This document shows, in pieces, positions 25,793-38,099 of a stretch of DNA of 64,000 nt. The notes below the pieces were generated by a model. That model was not told the origin of the DNA. It worked only from the letters and a program-made list of their open reading frames with translations, and ran no database searches. Origin of the DNA: Camelus dromedarius. Its lineage: Eukaryota. The translations under genes were made by a program, and so were the position numbers. Within the stretch, counting starts at the first letter, position 1; the number at the start of each line of letters is the position of its first letter. The DNA lies in contig NC_087447.1 in assembly GCF_036321535.1 (NCBI RefSeq), positions 44,332,001 through 44,396,000 of the forward strand. Direction: 5' to 3'.

Positions 25793-25868
25793 GGAGGGAG
25801 GAGGGAAGGAAGGAAGGAAGGAAGGAAGGAAGGAAGGAAGGAAGGAAGGAGGCAGGCAGGTAGGAAGG
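25793..25868. repeat. (GGAA)n / purine-rich microsatellite
   Basis: Direct inspection. Confidence 0.95.
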
Positions 25869-26374
25869 TGGTGCTGAAGAAGAAAAGCCAATTCTTTAGA
25901 GACTCTGCAGAAACTCCTGAAGAGATGCAGCCCCCTTGACACATTCTCCACTCTCACCTGCTGGGCTGAGCTGAGCTAAGTACAGAGCAGTAGAGTCACT
26001 GGTGAGGGGGTGGGTCATGGGTTAAAAACAGGATGGTGAAATCTGCAGCCTGAAGATACAAATCCCACTTGGCATTTCTCACAGGACTTTTATTCCTAGA
26101 CAGAATATTTCCCCATCCTAAAGCTTTGCCACTTGTCTCGAAGACACCAACCTAAATTCTCTAAGGGCCTGAACAGTGGCTTTTTCTGAGAGGAAGTTAT
26201 TAAAATTAAGGTACTGAGAGCTGAAGTAAACAGTGCACTCCCATGAGTCTGACTTTGTTAAGATCCTCTGAAGCCCTTTATATTATGCTTATAGACACAG
26301 ATTGGAATCTTTGTGTCTCTCTTGGTTTCAAATTCTATTAAAGAGACCAAATTTTAAATGAGCATATGGAATCC

Positions 26375-26950
26375 AACATATGTTATTCAACCCAGCAATT
26401 CTATTCCTAGGTACCCAACAGAAATGAAAGCCTTTGCTCACACAGAAACTTATGATTATTCTTACCAGCTTTATTCAAACTAGCCAAAATCTTGGAGGAG
26501 AACCCAAATGTGTACCAATAGATGAATGCACAAATAAACTGTGATGTATTCCTATGCAGCATCCATTTAATAGAATACTACTCACCAGAAAATAATAAAC
26601 TATTGATAAATGCAACACAATGGTTGAATCTCAAAAATGTTGTACTGAACAAATGAATTAAACAAGAGTTCATACTGTAAGATTCCCTTTTTATGAAATT
26701 CTAGGGTCCATAATTATTTGGGGACCGGTGTAGTAGTTTTATGAATTGGGTCAGTAGTTACTTGGGGATCAGTGTATAGGAACTGACAGCAAAAGGGCAC
26801 AAGGGAATTATCTGATGTCAGAGAAATATTATATACCTTAACTGTGGAGCTGGTTACATAGGTGCATACATTTGTCAAAACTAATTTAACTATATGTTTT
26901 AAATAGGTTTATTTTATCATATTTAAATTATAATTCATGAAATTCATTTT
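26375..26950 (+). mobile_element. Ancient L1ME-type 3' fragment
   Basis: acccagcaattctattcctaggtacccaacagaaatgaaag...ggttacataggtgcatacatttgtcaaaac. Confidence 0.75.
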
Positions 26951-27429
26951 CTAAAAATCTAATCTGTATGCCAATTTAAAAATAGGAGGAATTCAGAAAT
27001 AAATTAGGGAAATAGCAACTCACGTGCAATTCATTCAGCGTATCATTGATGACAAAGATACTGAAGCAAAGTATCTTTAAGTCACTTTAAGTCAGAATGT
27101 ACAGGTTTCCATAATATGTCATCAATATGAAGATTTTTAGAAATAGAAACCTTCAGCATATTGTAGAATCTTTACAAGTATTTATGTGATGGCAAGCAAC
27201 CTTAAAACATTTGCACAACACAAAGAATGATTGGTAACTTAGCTTGCAAAGTACCAAAAACAAAACAAAAATTTGATGACTTTTGTTTGGAGGAGCAGTG
27301 GATGCCCCTAGGATGGCACAAGAGATTTGTATAACAAAATAAATAGTTGTAAAATCTCCCTTTAAGGAAAAGATGATTATACTGGTTTCTGTCATTCACC
27401 TACTTACATTGAAACATTCTAAAGTCCTT

Positions 27430-27848
27430 CTACATTCTGCCCTGATCTAGAAGGCTGATCTCTAAGGAATCTATCACTGGGTTCCCTTGCTGGCTGGCTC
27501 TCAATTGGATGGAGACAATGGGAAATGCCAGTAGGGGACAAAACAGAAGTAGAAACAGAGACTGAGTATTTTTTCCCTGCTCGCTTCCCGTTTTCTGAGA
27601 GCATCTATGTCCCAACTCTTGCAGTAGGTCCCTCTTGCAGACTGCATTGCTCTCTGGAATATAGTACTACATAATTTTCTCCCTTTCCCCTTCTAACTTA
27701 GGTTAGTAATTGCTTCCTGCTGTTGCATCTCTGTATGTCTAAATATCCCTTGGTGATTTCCTTAATTCTGTTCTTACCTCTATAAGCAATTGCTTCATTA
27801 AATTTTTTGAAGCATTCAAGTTTCCCAGGCAGGATGTTGACTGATACA
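27430..27848 (+). mobile_element. LTR33-like ERVL LTR
   Basis: Ends ...ggatgttgactgataca; resembles the recalled LTR33 3' half. Confidence 0.5.
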
Positions 27849-28699
27849 TTTTAACACTGAGGAAAATTAAATTAATGTTCCGAGTAAAGTAACAGTAAAA
27901 AGATCATTTTTATAAATAGATGCTTGAAAATGTTTACCATCTGTATATTATCAAAAATCTTTGTACGATGATAGATTGGTTTGAAAAAAAAATACAATTT
28001 TTAAAAACAAAGCACTCCTTGCATTTGAATCCATATTTTGTCTGAGTTGCAATGATAAGTTACAAGTAAGACAAATGCCAAAATAAATTTAATAGTTGAA
28101 GTTCTAAATTCCTCGTATTTATAGAAATCTAGAGTGTCCTTTTCATCACAAATATAAAAATTATGTTTCTTGAAGCAATCAGAGTGCAGAGGGCAGAAGA
28201 CAACCAAATAGTCAAAAATCAAATAAAAGCTGGAACCTCCAGGAGAAGATCAGACAAGAGCACTGAGCAGCAGTGGCAGAGCCTGAGAGGAAGACTGGGC
28301 CCCCAAAATAATAGGCTGTGGGGGAAAACAAGAACGACATGCACCAACATATGGAAATTTTCAGCAGAGAGGTGGAAACTAGAGGAAAGAATCTAATGGT
28401 GACATCACCTAGGAGATTCCAGTCTCCATCCTCCCACAAAGATCAATAATTAGGCAACTGTCCATAAGCAAAAACAGTGCTGGGAAAGCTCTGGGGTCCA
28501 CTTAAGAAACCTCAGCAACAGAGTGGAACAGAAATTTTGAGAATATCCATACAAAAAAGAAAAGAAGAGCAGCTTTATTTTGCCTGCCATCCCCCAAGCT
28601 GGCACTGTTCAGCATCAAGAAGGAAGTCTCCAGCTAAAAAGAGTTCCCCTCATTGGGAAAGAGACAGCAGGTGAGTGACCAGCTTCCCCTGCTTTTTGA

Positions 28700-30430
28700 A
28701 GAATAGAAGTGGCTAGTGTGGGCATCCTGGTCTTGGTCCTGATCTTAGAGGAAATGCTTTCAGCTTTACACAGTTGAGTATAAATGTTAGCTGTGGGTCT
28801 GTCATTTCATTTTGTTACAGATTTTGTTTTAAAGCCTATTTTGTTTTATATGAGTATTGTCACCCCAGCTTTCTTTTTATTTCCATTTGCATGAAGTATC
28901 TTTTCCTCCATACCTTTACTTTCAGTCTCTGTGTGTATATAGATGTGAAGTCCTGTAGGCATAATATAGATGAGTCTTGATTTTTTATCCATTCACTCAC
29001 CCAGTGTCTTTTGATTAGAGCATTTCATCTATTTAGATTTAAAGTGCTTATTGATAGACATGTACTGACTTCCGTTTTGTTAATTGTTTTCTGGTTGTTT
29101 TGTAGTTCTTCATTGTTACTTTCTTATTCTCTTGGTCTCTTCTCTTGCAGTTTGATTTCTTTTCTAAGTCTTATGTACGGGTTCCTTTTCCTTTATTTTT
29201 CGTGTATCTTTTGTAGGTTTTTGATTTGGGATTACCATGAGGTTTATGAATATGAATATATATATATATATATATATTCATATATACTGAAAATATATAT
29301 CAGTTTCTTTTAAGCTGATAATCATTTAATTTCAAATGCATTCCAAAAGCACTACATTTCTACTCCTCCCAACATTTTATATTTTTAACATCATATTTTA
29401 CACCTTTTCATTTTGTGTATCCCTTAACTATTTATTGTAGTTATAGCTGATTTTACTACTTTTGTCTTTTAACCTTCATAGTGGCCTTATTAAGTGATTT
29501 ATCCACTACCTTTACTATGTATATGTCTTTACCAGTGAGATTTACCAGTGAGAATTTTTTCTTTTCTTTTCTTTTCTTTTCTTTTCTTTTCTTTTCTTTT
29601 CTTTTCTTTTCTTTTCTTTTCTTTTCTTTTCTTTTCTTTTCTAAGAGAGGTACTGGGGATTGAGTCTTGGGGTAAGTGAATTAACTCTAACTCCCTTAAG
29701 AGAGAGCTTTTCATCCCCTACAGTTCTATGGCTTTCCTGAACATAATTGCCAATGGTTTTTAGGGCCAGACATTTAGGGCACTTGTCCCTCCTGTGCAGG
29801 ATCTAAGGGTTGGGGCCTTCTTGGCAGGATAGCCGGAACCAGAGTGAGGATGGGCCAGGGAGCCTAGGGCATGACATGCCATGGCTGCCCTGGTGGACAA
29901 GGGTTTAGGGGGTCCCAGGGCCTCCTTGGCAGGACAGCTGGGCCAGGAGCCTAGGGTGTGCTGGGGCAGCACTGGCAGACTGGCTAGAGTGCTTGGACCA
30001 TGTTCCCACTCACAATACCAAGGCGGAGGAGGAAAGATGGTGCTCTCTAGTGCCTCTGACCCCAGAGAGAACTCTAGCAGTTTTGCATCTGTTTGCAGAT
30101 GCTCTAGGGTTAGTAAGTGGATTTCTTTCATGTGTAGTCTAGTTGCCCTTTAAACTGCTGTTTTTTTCCTGTGCCCCCGGGTAGGTGAGTCTGTTCACAG
30201 ACCCTCAGTAATATCCCTCCCCACTGGAGGTCACCATGTCACATCACTACTGTGTCTCTGTCTCTCCTACCCATCTCTGTGAGTCTCTCTATTGTTTGTT
30301 GTGCAGAAGCTGTTCAATCAGCCCTCAGTTCTTCTTTAGGAGAAATTGTTCTACATGTAAGTGTAGATTCAGTGTATACATGGGAGGAGGTGAGTTCAAG
30401 GTCTTCCTATGCCACCATCTTGGACCAGAA
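28700..30430 (-). mobile_element. Rearranged L1 5' portion (5'UTR, start of ORF2, short ORF2 piece) with ORF1 missing
   Basis: 5' end ggtccaagatggtggcatagg (YY1-like) at ~30405-30425 minus and a GC-rich 5'UTR at 29700-30430. Endonuclease-region sequence at ~28800-29100 and an RT-region piece at 28700-28798. Confidence 0.75.
29556..29662 (-). mobile_element. Truncated vic-1-type SINE 3' remnant with (GAAAA)n tail
   Basis: gaggtactggggattga (29647-29663) matches the SINE at 63682-63847; preceded by (TTTTC)n at 29557-29641. Confidence 0.65.
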
Positions 30431-31572
30431 TGCTTGAATCAATTTTAGATGTCACTCTAATGATTGATGTTTCAAAAACTCCAGGTAATTATTTCCTTGA
30501 TTTATTCTGGAACCACTGAAGTTACCATATCCTAGCTATGGACCAATCCTTTCCACTCTTAACAGCATACAAGGCTATCCCTGAAAAGCTCCTCCATCTC
30601 CTTTCCAGGGATCTTTTCTATCCTAATCTCCTCATCCCAGTTTTAATGCCTTTAGGCTGTCCTCTGCTATCCAACACTATCAAAACATTTGACTTTCCTG
30701 GAACGGAACTCATCTTGATATTAGATGTGAGCATAATTGTAAATGGGAGTTGTAAATTTTAAATTGGGAGTTCGAGATTTGCAAATACTAACTATTATAT
30801 ATAAAATAAATAAACAGCAAGATCCTACTGTAAAAAAAAAAAGACATTCTGTTGTTTCCAAAATATACAAATTATGAATAATGTTGTAAAAATCATCTTC
30901 ATGATAGATCTTAGTGCTCATTTTATTTCATTCCCTTAAATTACTAAAATTGAAATACAGGAGTCAAAGGGTATGAATATAAATATAAATATATTTCCAA
31001 ATAATTTTCTACAGCTACTGCACCAACTTAGTCACATACAGTGTATGAGCATGGCCCTCTTACTGCACAGTCAGCAGCATGAAGCATAGTAGTTTTTAAA
31101 CCTTAATTTGTAAGGGAGAGGGTTAACACTTTAAAAATATTTTTAAATATTCATTTGCAATTTGTTTAATAAAATAATTCACGAATACAGTTAAAAATTA
31201 AAGCACACAGAACATTACTTTGACCCTTCTCTCACAAAATTACCCCTTTTAATTCAATCTTTCTTTTGGTGGTGACTACCGTTATCTCTGAATAGCATGC
31301 TTTCACCACTCTTCCATAGGTTTATCAACATTAGGTTTATAAGTTCCATTATTTTATCATGATCAATATCATTATCAATATTATTCATTGACATCCTGTC
31401 ATTAATAGGTAAGCCTTGTGCTCAGTTATGCCGCCTCTTGCTTCCCCACCTACTCTCTTCCCAATAGCAGTATTTTGAGTTTATATACAGGCTACAATTG
31501 AGTTTTATTTTTTTAAACTTTTAATTTTGTTCCATCATGAGAGGCACTACTATAGGACCAGGAGGCACTATA

Positions 31573-34500
31573 GACTGATTAAGCCATGAAGATCATCTTA
31601 TGATACCCCAATATTGCCAGTTAAGAAATCTCATTCTGAAGAGTATCGGTTTGTGCAGGACTTGAGGGCCATCAATGACATTGTCCAAGACATTGATCCA
31701 ACAGTGCCAAATCCATATACTCTGTTGACTACAATTCCTGGAGAATTTGAATATTTTACAGCCCTCTATTTAAAGGATGCCTTCTTTTGCATACCTCTTG
31801 GGAAAAAGTCACAATTATTATTTGCCTTTGAATGGCAAGACCCTAACACCAGGGTCAAGACTCAATACTGCTGGACTGTGCTTCCCCAGGGTTTTAAAAA
31901 TTCCCCTACCATCTTTAATAAAACACTTGCTCTGGATCTTTGAAATCTACACCTGAATCAAGGGTTCTCTTACAATATGTGAATGATTTGTTAATTGCAA
32001 GCTTAGACCTTGATCATTGTAAGGAAAATACCGTAACGGTACTTAATTTCTTGGCTTGTTGTGGATATAAAGTATTTCCTAATAGAGCCCAAATTTGCAA
32101 GAAGCAAGTAAATTACCTAGGGTTCCAGATATCCCAAGGATCTCACAATCTCTTACACGACCGCAAGATAGCATCTGAAACTTAAAGGTCCCTAGAAACA
32201 AAAAGCGGTTGCGAGGATTCTTGGGAATGGCCGGATTTTGTGGAATTTGAATAGCTAATTTTGGACTGATGGCCAAACCCCTTTACAACGATCTAAAAGG
32301 CACAGACACAGAGCCCTTGGTATTGACTGGGGAATGTCAGCAGGCATTCACCACTCTTAAGACTCGATTGCTCTCAGCCCAGCATTGGTGTTGCCAGGCC
32401 TAAAGAAGGAATTAGCAGCAGGGGATAGCACTGGGTGTCTTAATCCAGGTGCTTGGAACTTTCCCTCACCCAGTTGCATACTTGTCCAAACAGCTGGACA
32501 GTAGAGTAAAAGGATGGCCCCTTGCCTCCGAGCAGTTGCAGCCACCTGTGACCTGCTGCAGGAAGCAGAAAAGTTCACCCTTGGGCAAATCGTTGTGATT
32601 TATGTGCCTCATCAGGTCACGGTATTACTAGAGCAGAAAGGGAGATACTGGCTCACTGCGGGAAGAATGGGAAAATATCAAGAAACTTTACTAGACAACC
32701 CAAATGTCACCTTGAGAACTATGATGACCTTAAACCCAGCCACTCTGTTGCCAACACCCACAGCAGAACCTGAAAGCAATAAATTAGATCATGATTGCCT
32801 AGGAACACTAGAAACTGTTTATTCAAGCAGATTAGATTTAACTGACAAGCCTCTCCCAAAACTCCACCGGGAACTATTTATAGACAGGAGCAGCTACATA
32901 AAAAATGGACAATGCAAAGCTGGTTACCTAGAAACCACCAAGTCCCAGATAACTGAGGCTTTTGCACTGCCTTCAGGCATCCCTGCCCAGAAGGCTGAGC
33001 ACTGACCCAGGCCTTCCTAGTATCAAAAGGAAAAAGGGTTAAGAATTACACAGACTCTAAATATACTTTTATGGTGGTCCATGCCCATGGAGCAATTTGG
33101 AAAGAGAGGGGCCTCTTAACCTCAGGAAATAAATTAAACACCCTGAGGATATATTGGCCCTCCTACAGGCCATAACTGAACCAAAGGCTGTTTCTGTAAT
33201 GCATTGCCCTAGACACCAGAAGCTTACATCCTATGTGTCCCCAGGAAACCATATGGCAGATTGGGTGGCAAAAGCAGCTGCCCTCCAGGGATATTTACCC
33301 CCAAACCAGAGGTGCTAATTCCTCAGTTAAATTTAACTCAATACCAGCCTAAGTATTCAGAAGAAGATAACAGAAGGGCCATTGAATGGGGATTTGACAA
33401 AACAGACCCCTCCAACAATTGGAAAATAAATGACCACGGACTGGACTGATCTTGTTGCCTCAGACTTTGGTATGGCCCATAATCAAACATTTACATGATG
33501 ATACCCACTATGGAAAGGATGCCTTAATGGACTTAATTAAGCCTTGGATTAGAGGCCCCAAACTTCATCAAACCATGCAGTGAGTCATTAAATGATACCC
33601 AATTTGCGTTAAAAACAACCCAAAGTCTGTTGAGAAAAATCTCCCTCAAGGAACTCAGTACATCGGAGACCACCCTTTTGACAACTGGCAAATGGACTTC
33701 ACTCAGGTGCCTCGAACCACAGGTAGCCTTCGTTATTTGCTCATTTTTGTAGACACTTTTTCAAGATGGACTGACGCTTTACCAGCTCGCATGGAAAAGG
33801 CCACAGAAGTCACTCAGATACTTCTGAAAGAACTCATCCCCTGGTACGGACCTCAGTCTACCCTCCAAAAGTGACAATGGGCCAGCATTTACTGCAGAAA
33901 CATCACAGCAAGTAAGTACACATCTGGGAACTGAATGGAAATTACACGCTGCATGGAGGCCTCAGTCTATGGGAAAAACAGGAAAAAAATGAATCATACA
34001 CTCAAGAAGACTTTAGCCAAGTTATGTCAAGAAACCCAACTAAAATGGGGTAAGGTATTGCCTATTGCTGTGCTGCAGGTAAGGGTGGCCCCAAGAAGCA
34101 GGCTTGGTTTAAGCTCAGATGAAATTATTTGTGGGAGACCATTTCTAAGCCCTAAAGCAAAAGGGAAAATTTGCAACTGACCCAGGAAACCAGGGTCAAG
34201 CACTATGTACAGCAGATTGCTCAAATATTAACTATTACGCATGAGTTTGTTTCTTCCAGGTCTCCACCTCAGCTCGACACTGAGTTCTGGCCAGCAGAAG
34301 TCCCACCGAGATGGAATGAATTGCTTGAGACTCTGTGGAAAAAGTCAAGAGAGCGAGAGGGAGTTGGGAGCCAACTCCATGAGCCTCCCAAATGCTCCCA
34401 CATTTATTGAGTATAATCAAAGGAAAAAATCATTAACAGTTGTGTGATGGTATGCAGGAACTTAGAGAAAGACAGGATGAGATAGAGATTGTAGAATCCA

Positions 34501-35150
34501 CAATGAGTATAAAGGCTTAGTTTATCTTTAGGGAAGTCATGGGGAGAGGGGAACAAGATACATTCTTTAGTATATTAATTACAAAGCAGACCACCAGACT
34601 AGCCAGTTCCTTGTTTTGGGGATAACAGACTATATAACAGCAAGCACGTCCAGCGTTTATAGCTGAGGGCCTGGGTCATTGCTTTGCAACGAGCCGAGTG
34701 CTATCTAAAACCTCAACTATGCAAGCAAGGCACTGTCTCTGCTTTTTACAGCAAGGAGACAGGAGTGCAGCTGCACAGGTGTCTGCTTGCAAAGCAGTTA
34801 CTAAGCACATTTGTTCTTCTTAAAGGTGACAGGCGGCTGGGGTCTGTTACAATTTGTTAACCCAATCATGGGCTCCCACACGACACTCCTTTACATCCAT
34901 TTAAACTGGGAGACCAGGTGCTACAAAGGTCTGGAAAGAACAGGGGCCAGATCAACAACTTGAGGAGAAGTGGAAGGGACCCTACGACGTACTGCTCACC
35001 ACTCACTCATCTCTCAAATGTTACGGAATCAAAATGTGGATCTACCACACTCGAGTCAAGAAGCCCCCAGAGAACTACACACCAGAAACTCCTGCGGACG
35101 CAACGAAATGGAGTATCCAACCTTTAGGGGGACTTAAACATTTGTTTAAG
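31573..35150 (+). pseudogene. pol: ERV1 (gammaretrovirus-like) pol remnant: RT, RNase H, integrase
   Basis: TPILPVKK, YRFVQDLRAIN, WTVLPQGFKNSP, LLQYVNDLL, LFIDRSS, YTDSKY, WQMDFTQ, FVDTFSRW, SDNGPAF, WKGPYDVLLTT. Many stops and frameshifts; interrupted at 34281-34880. Confidence 0.95.
34281..34880 (-). mobile_element. Solo LTR (probably ERV-K/class II) inserted into the ERV1 integrase
   Basis: 600 bp with TG...CA ends; the minus strand starts TGTGGGAG and has AATAAA at 34403-34408. Perfect 6-bp TSD cgacac at 34275-34280 / 34881-34886. Confidence 0.9.
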
Positions 35151-35154
35151 AAAA

Positions 35155-36516
35155 ATGTTTCTGCTTAAATTTGTCTTTCTTATGCTTATGCAATTTCCTT
35201 TTACAACTAGTAATGTTTTCATGCAATGGGCCTTCTCATATGCAGACTCATTTAAATGTTTTAATTGTTGGATCTGTGGCCAACTTCCAGTCTCAGGAGA
35301 CTCTGGTCTCACTTGGTGAGTATCCCCTCTCCAGAGAACTGACTGGAAAGAATTATTTAAATATATTCAGGCTCAAAGAATGGCCATGCTACTTTGGTAT
35401 GACCCTAGCCATCCATTAAAACCTGAACAATAGGCAAAACAAATTACCAATTATGATCCCCTAGGCTGGCCCATTAATAACACTCTTGAAATACCAGGCC
35501 ACAATTTTTCGTTCTCCTATAGGGAGACTGTCACACAGCGAATGAGTACCTACTGGAATTTCAAAAAGAACATAAACAGGATCCCAACCTAGATAATCCC
35601 CACAGAATAAAAGAAAGGTTTAATCAAATTTGGGGTGGCAATTGCTGGCTCACTCCTGAGTTTGGGAGACTCAACATGCCAGCTCCATTGTGCTGAGAAC
35701 AATGACATCATTTATTAGAAACATCCAAGAGCTCCACCCAACATATGGGATGGATAACTCTAGAAGCTTGTACTCATGTTATTATTCTTAAAAAGACTGA
35801 TTGGCTCACCACAAATTGGAAACAGAGACCAGACATGGAATGCCCCTAATGGCACATTATGGCCATGTGGAGATAATCTTTGGCCTTGGTTGCCACCCAG
35901 TTGGATAGGAAGATGCACCCTTGGGTTTCCATGGTCTCAGGATCATCGGTACACAACGCTGCCCTCCACTCATATTGCTAACCTGCCATACCTTCGTTCC
36001 TGCTGGAGCCAGTCTGTTTTCAAATGGTATGATCACCTGCTTATTACCTAACATAGGCTTGGAAAGTGTAACCCTCCATATTGAGACTTTAGCTAAATTC
36101 ACCCAGAAGGCCCTCAGTGATAGTCAAAGGGGAATCTCCCTGCTCAACGCTGAGGTGTGACTAATGAGAAGGGCCATCTTACAAAACCGAATGGCTCTTG
36201 ATATGTGATGCAAGGAGCAACTCATGCTGTTATCCATATTGCCTGTTGTACTTTCATACCAGATGAATCCAAGAACATCACAACTGCTCCGGAGGACATG
36301 AAACAACAAATAAATAATGGAGGGGACTCAGATGCGTATGTGCAAGAAGTTACATCTCAAGTCGATACTTGGTTTTCTGGCCTCTTTTCACCCCAAGGTC
36401 TCAGATCCATCCTTATGGGAATTCTACAGTTACTGTTATCACTTCTGTTAATAAGAGTAAGTATATATGTAATATTTAGATTAATTGTTTTCTGTTGTCT
36501 AAGGTGTGGAAAATAG
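35155..36516 (+). pseudogene. env: Retroviral env remnant, ERVPABLB-1 (HERV-R(b))-like
   Basis: Signal-like MFLLKFVFLML, TSNVFMQWAFSYAD, CWIC, WPINNTL, APNGTLWPCGDNLWPWLP, ISU motif LQNRMALD (~36179-36202), degenerate CX6CC, hydrophobic TM. Multiple stops and frameshifts. Confidence 0.9.
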
Positions 36517-36683
36517 CAACTAAGGCTCTTTTTGAACCCCAGCCACATGACAAGATCAGGTTCGCTCGTTCCATTAAAAACTCCCAGACAATGCCCCCGT
36601 TCAGCACGAAGCAGTCAGACAGATACAACACCCATCTCCCTATTTCCATAGAAATGGAATGAGAGAAACTGACAGTGGGGATT

Positions 36684-37291
36684 TGAAGGAGAATCAATAA
36701 AATGGTCACATTTAGGCTAGCAGATTGCTTACTTTTATGCTTAAAATGGTGAACTGATCTGACTGATCGGTTGCTACTCACAGTTCCAGGCCCATTGTTA
36801 AAACGAAAGCTATTAATGTGACTGTTTCTACTTTATTGCAGTAATTGAAAGTAATAATCATGCTTGGTTTCTGAGTCTTTCTCCAGAGAGAAGGTCACGG
36901 AACTGTAACCTACAAAATAAGCTAAATTAGGGGAGGAAAAAAAAAAAAAAGACCATGCCCCAGGTGCTCATGAGATAAAGAGATCGAAAAAGTGACAACC
37001 ACTAGTCTCAACAGAATTGGTCACCTGGCGGCACCATGACACAACTCTAAGTCTTATGACAAGAAAATGATTCTGTTGATTGTTATCGATGTTTTATTGT
37101 TTGAGCTATGGCTATTATAATCATCCTACCCCATCCCCAAGGTGGGTTCACGGTTTTGAAGGCACTAGCCTGCTGTGAGTCCCCTTTGCCTGGCAAAGTA
37201 ATAAAGCTCTCTCTTTTCTTCTAAGCTCCAAGATCCTGTCTCTGAGTTTCAATCTGACTCCTTAGGGACAGGGGCTGATCTTTTGGCAACA
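36684..37291 (+). mobile_element. 3' LTR of the ERV1 provirus
   Basis: Purine-rich tract gacagtgggg followed by TGAAGG; AATAAA at 37200-37205; ends TTTGGCAACA. Confidence 0.85.
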
Positions 37292-37549
37292 GGTGAGATT
37301 CCCTGAGCTGGCTAATTAATACTTTCTCTAACTCTGGGCATAAAAAGTTACTCAAGCTCAATCAGAGCAAGAAGTAATGACTTGAAGCAGTTACCAGATA
37401 TACAGTTCTATGGGAGATTTCTGATTATAATGGTGTAACTCTAGATATAGGAAGGAGCAAAAAGAGGGATATTTTTCTGGCCCATAACAGACAGCAAGAC
37501 AGGTGGTCCAGAGATTTTTGCTACTGTAAATAAGGCCTAGTCCAGTAAT

Positions 37550-37930
37550 AGCACATTGAGTGGCTTATCAACAAAATCCTCGCCTGACCTAGGAATGAGC
37601 ACTCCTAGCACCATGGGATGAAATGGTCATGAAATGCTTTCCAAGCCATGGTCAACTACATGATCAAGAGGGCACTTGCCATCTGCCTCCACAAGGATTA
37701 ACTAAAGTTGCTGACCTTCAGCGCAGCCTGAAAGTTCAGGGTGGAAATCAAGAATGAGGCACTCTGTACTCTGGGGAAACTGGCAAAAGAGGCCTTCAGA
37801 TAGACATTTTGAGGAGATTTTATGAACCCAAATTCTTGCATCTCCTTATATCCAGAAAAACACTAAGATCATTAATGGTGACATCTACTTTGGCTATTAA
37901 GGAAAGCTGTCTTACAAAACCACATGGCTT
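37550..37930 (+). mobile_element. Additional LTR fragment
   Basis: ttcttgcatctccttatatccagaaaaacactaagatcatt resembles artiodactyl ERV LTRs by recall; boundaries approximate. Confidence 0.5.
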
Positions 37931-38099
37931 TTAACATCCCACCCAAAGGGGCCCATTCACAGTTATACATACTGAGTGCTACACTCTTACCCACAATGAG
38001 TCAGGTATGTCAATGCTTACAGAAAAGTAGTCACTGAACAGGTCTCTGCCTGGTTCTCCAATGCCTTTTCCTAGATCTCTGAAGGGATAAGGTCTTTAT

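Noticed and set aside
35155..36516. Functional syncytin-like gene
   Set aside because: Multiple stops and frameshifts, and the first Cys of CX6CC is lost.
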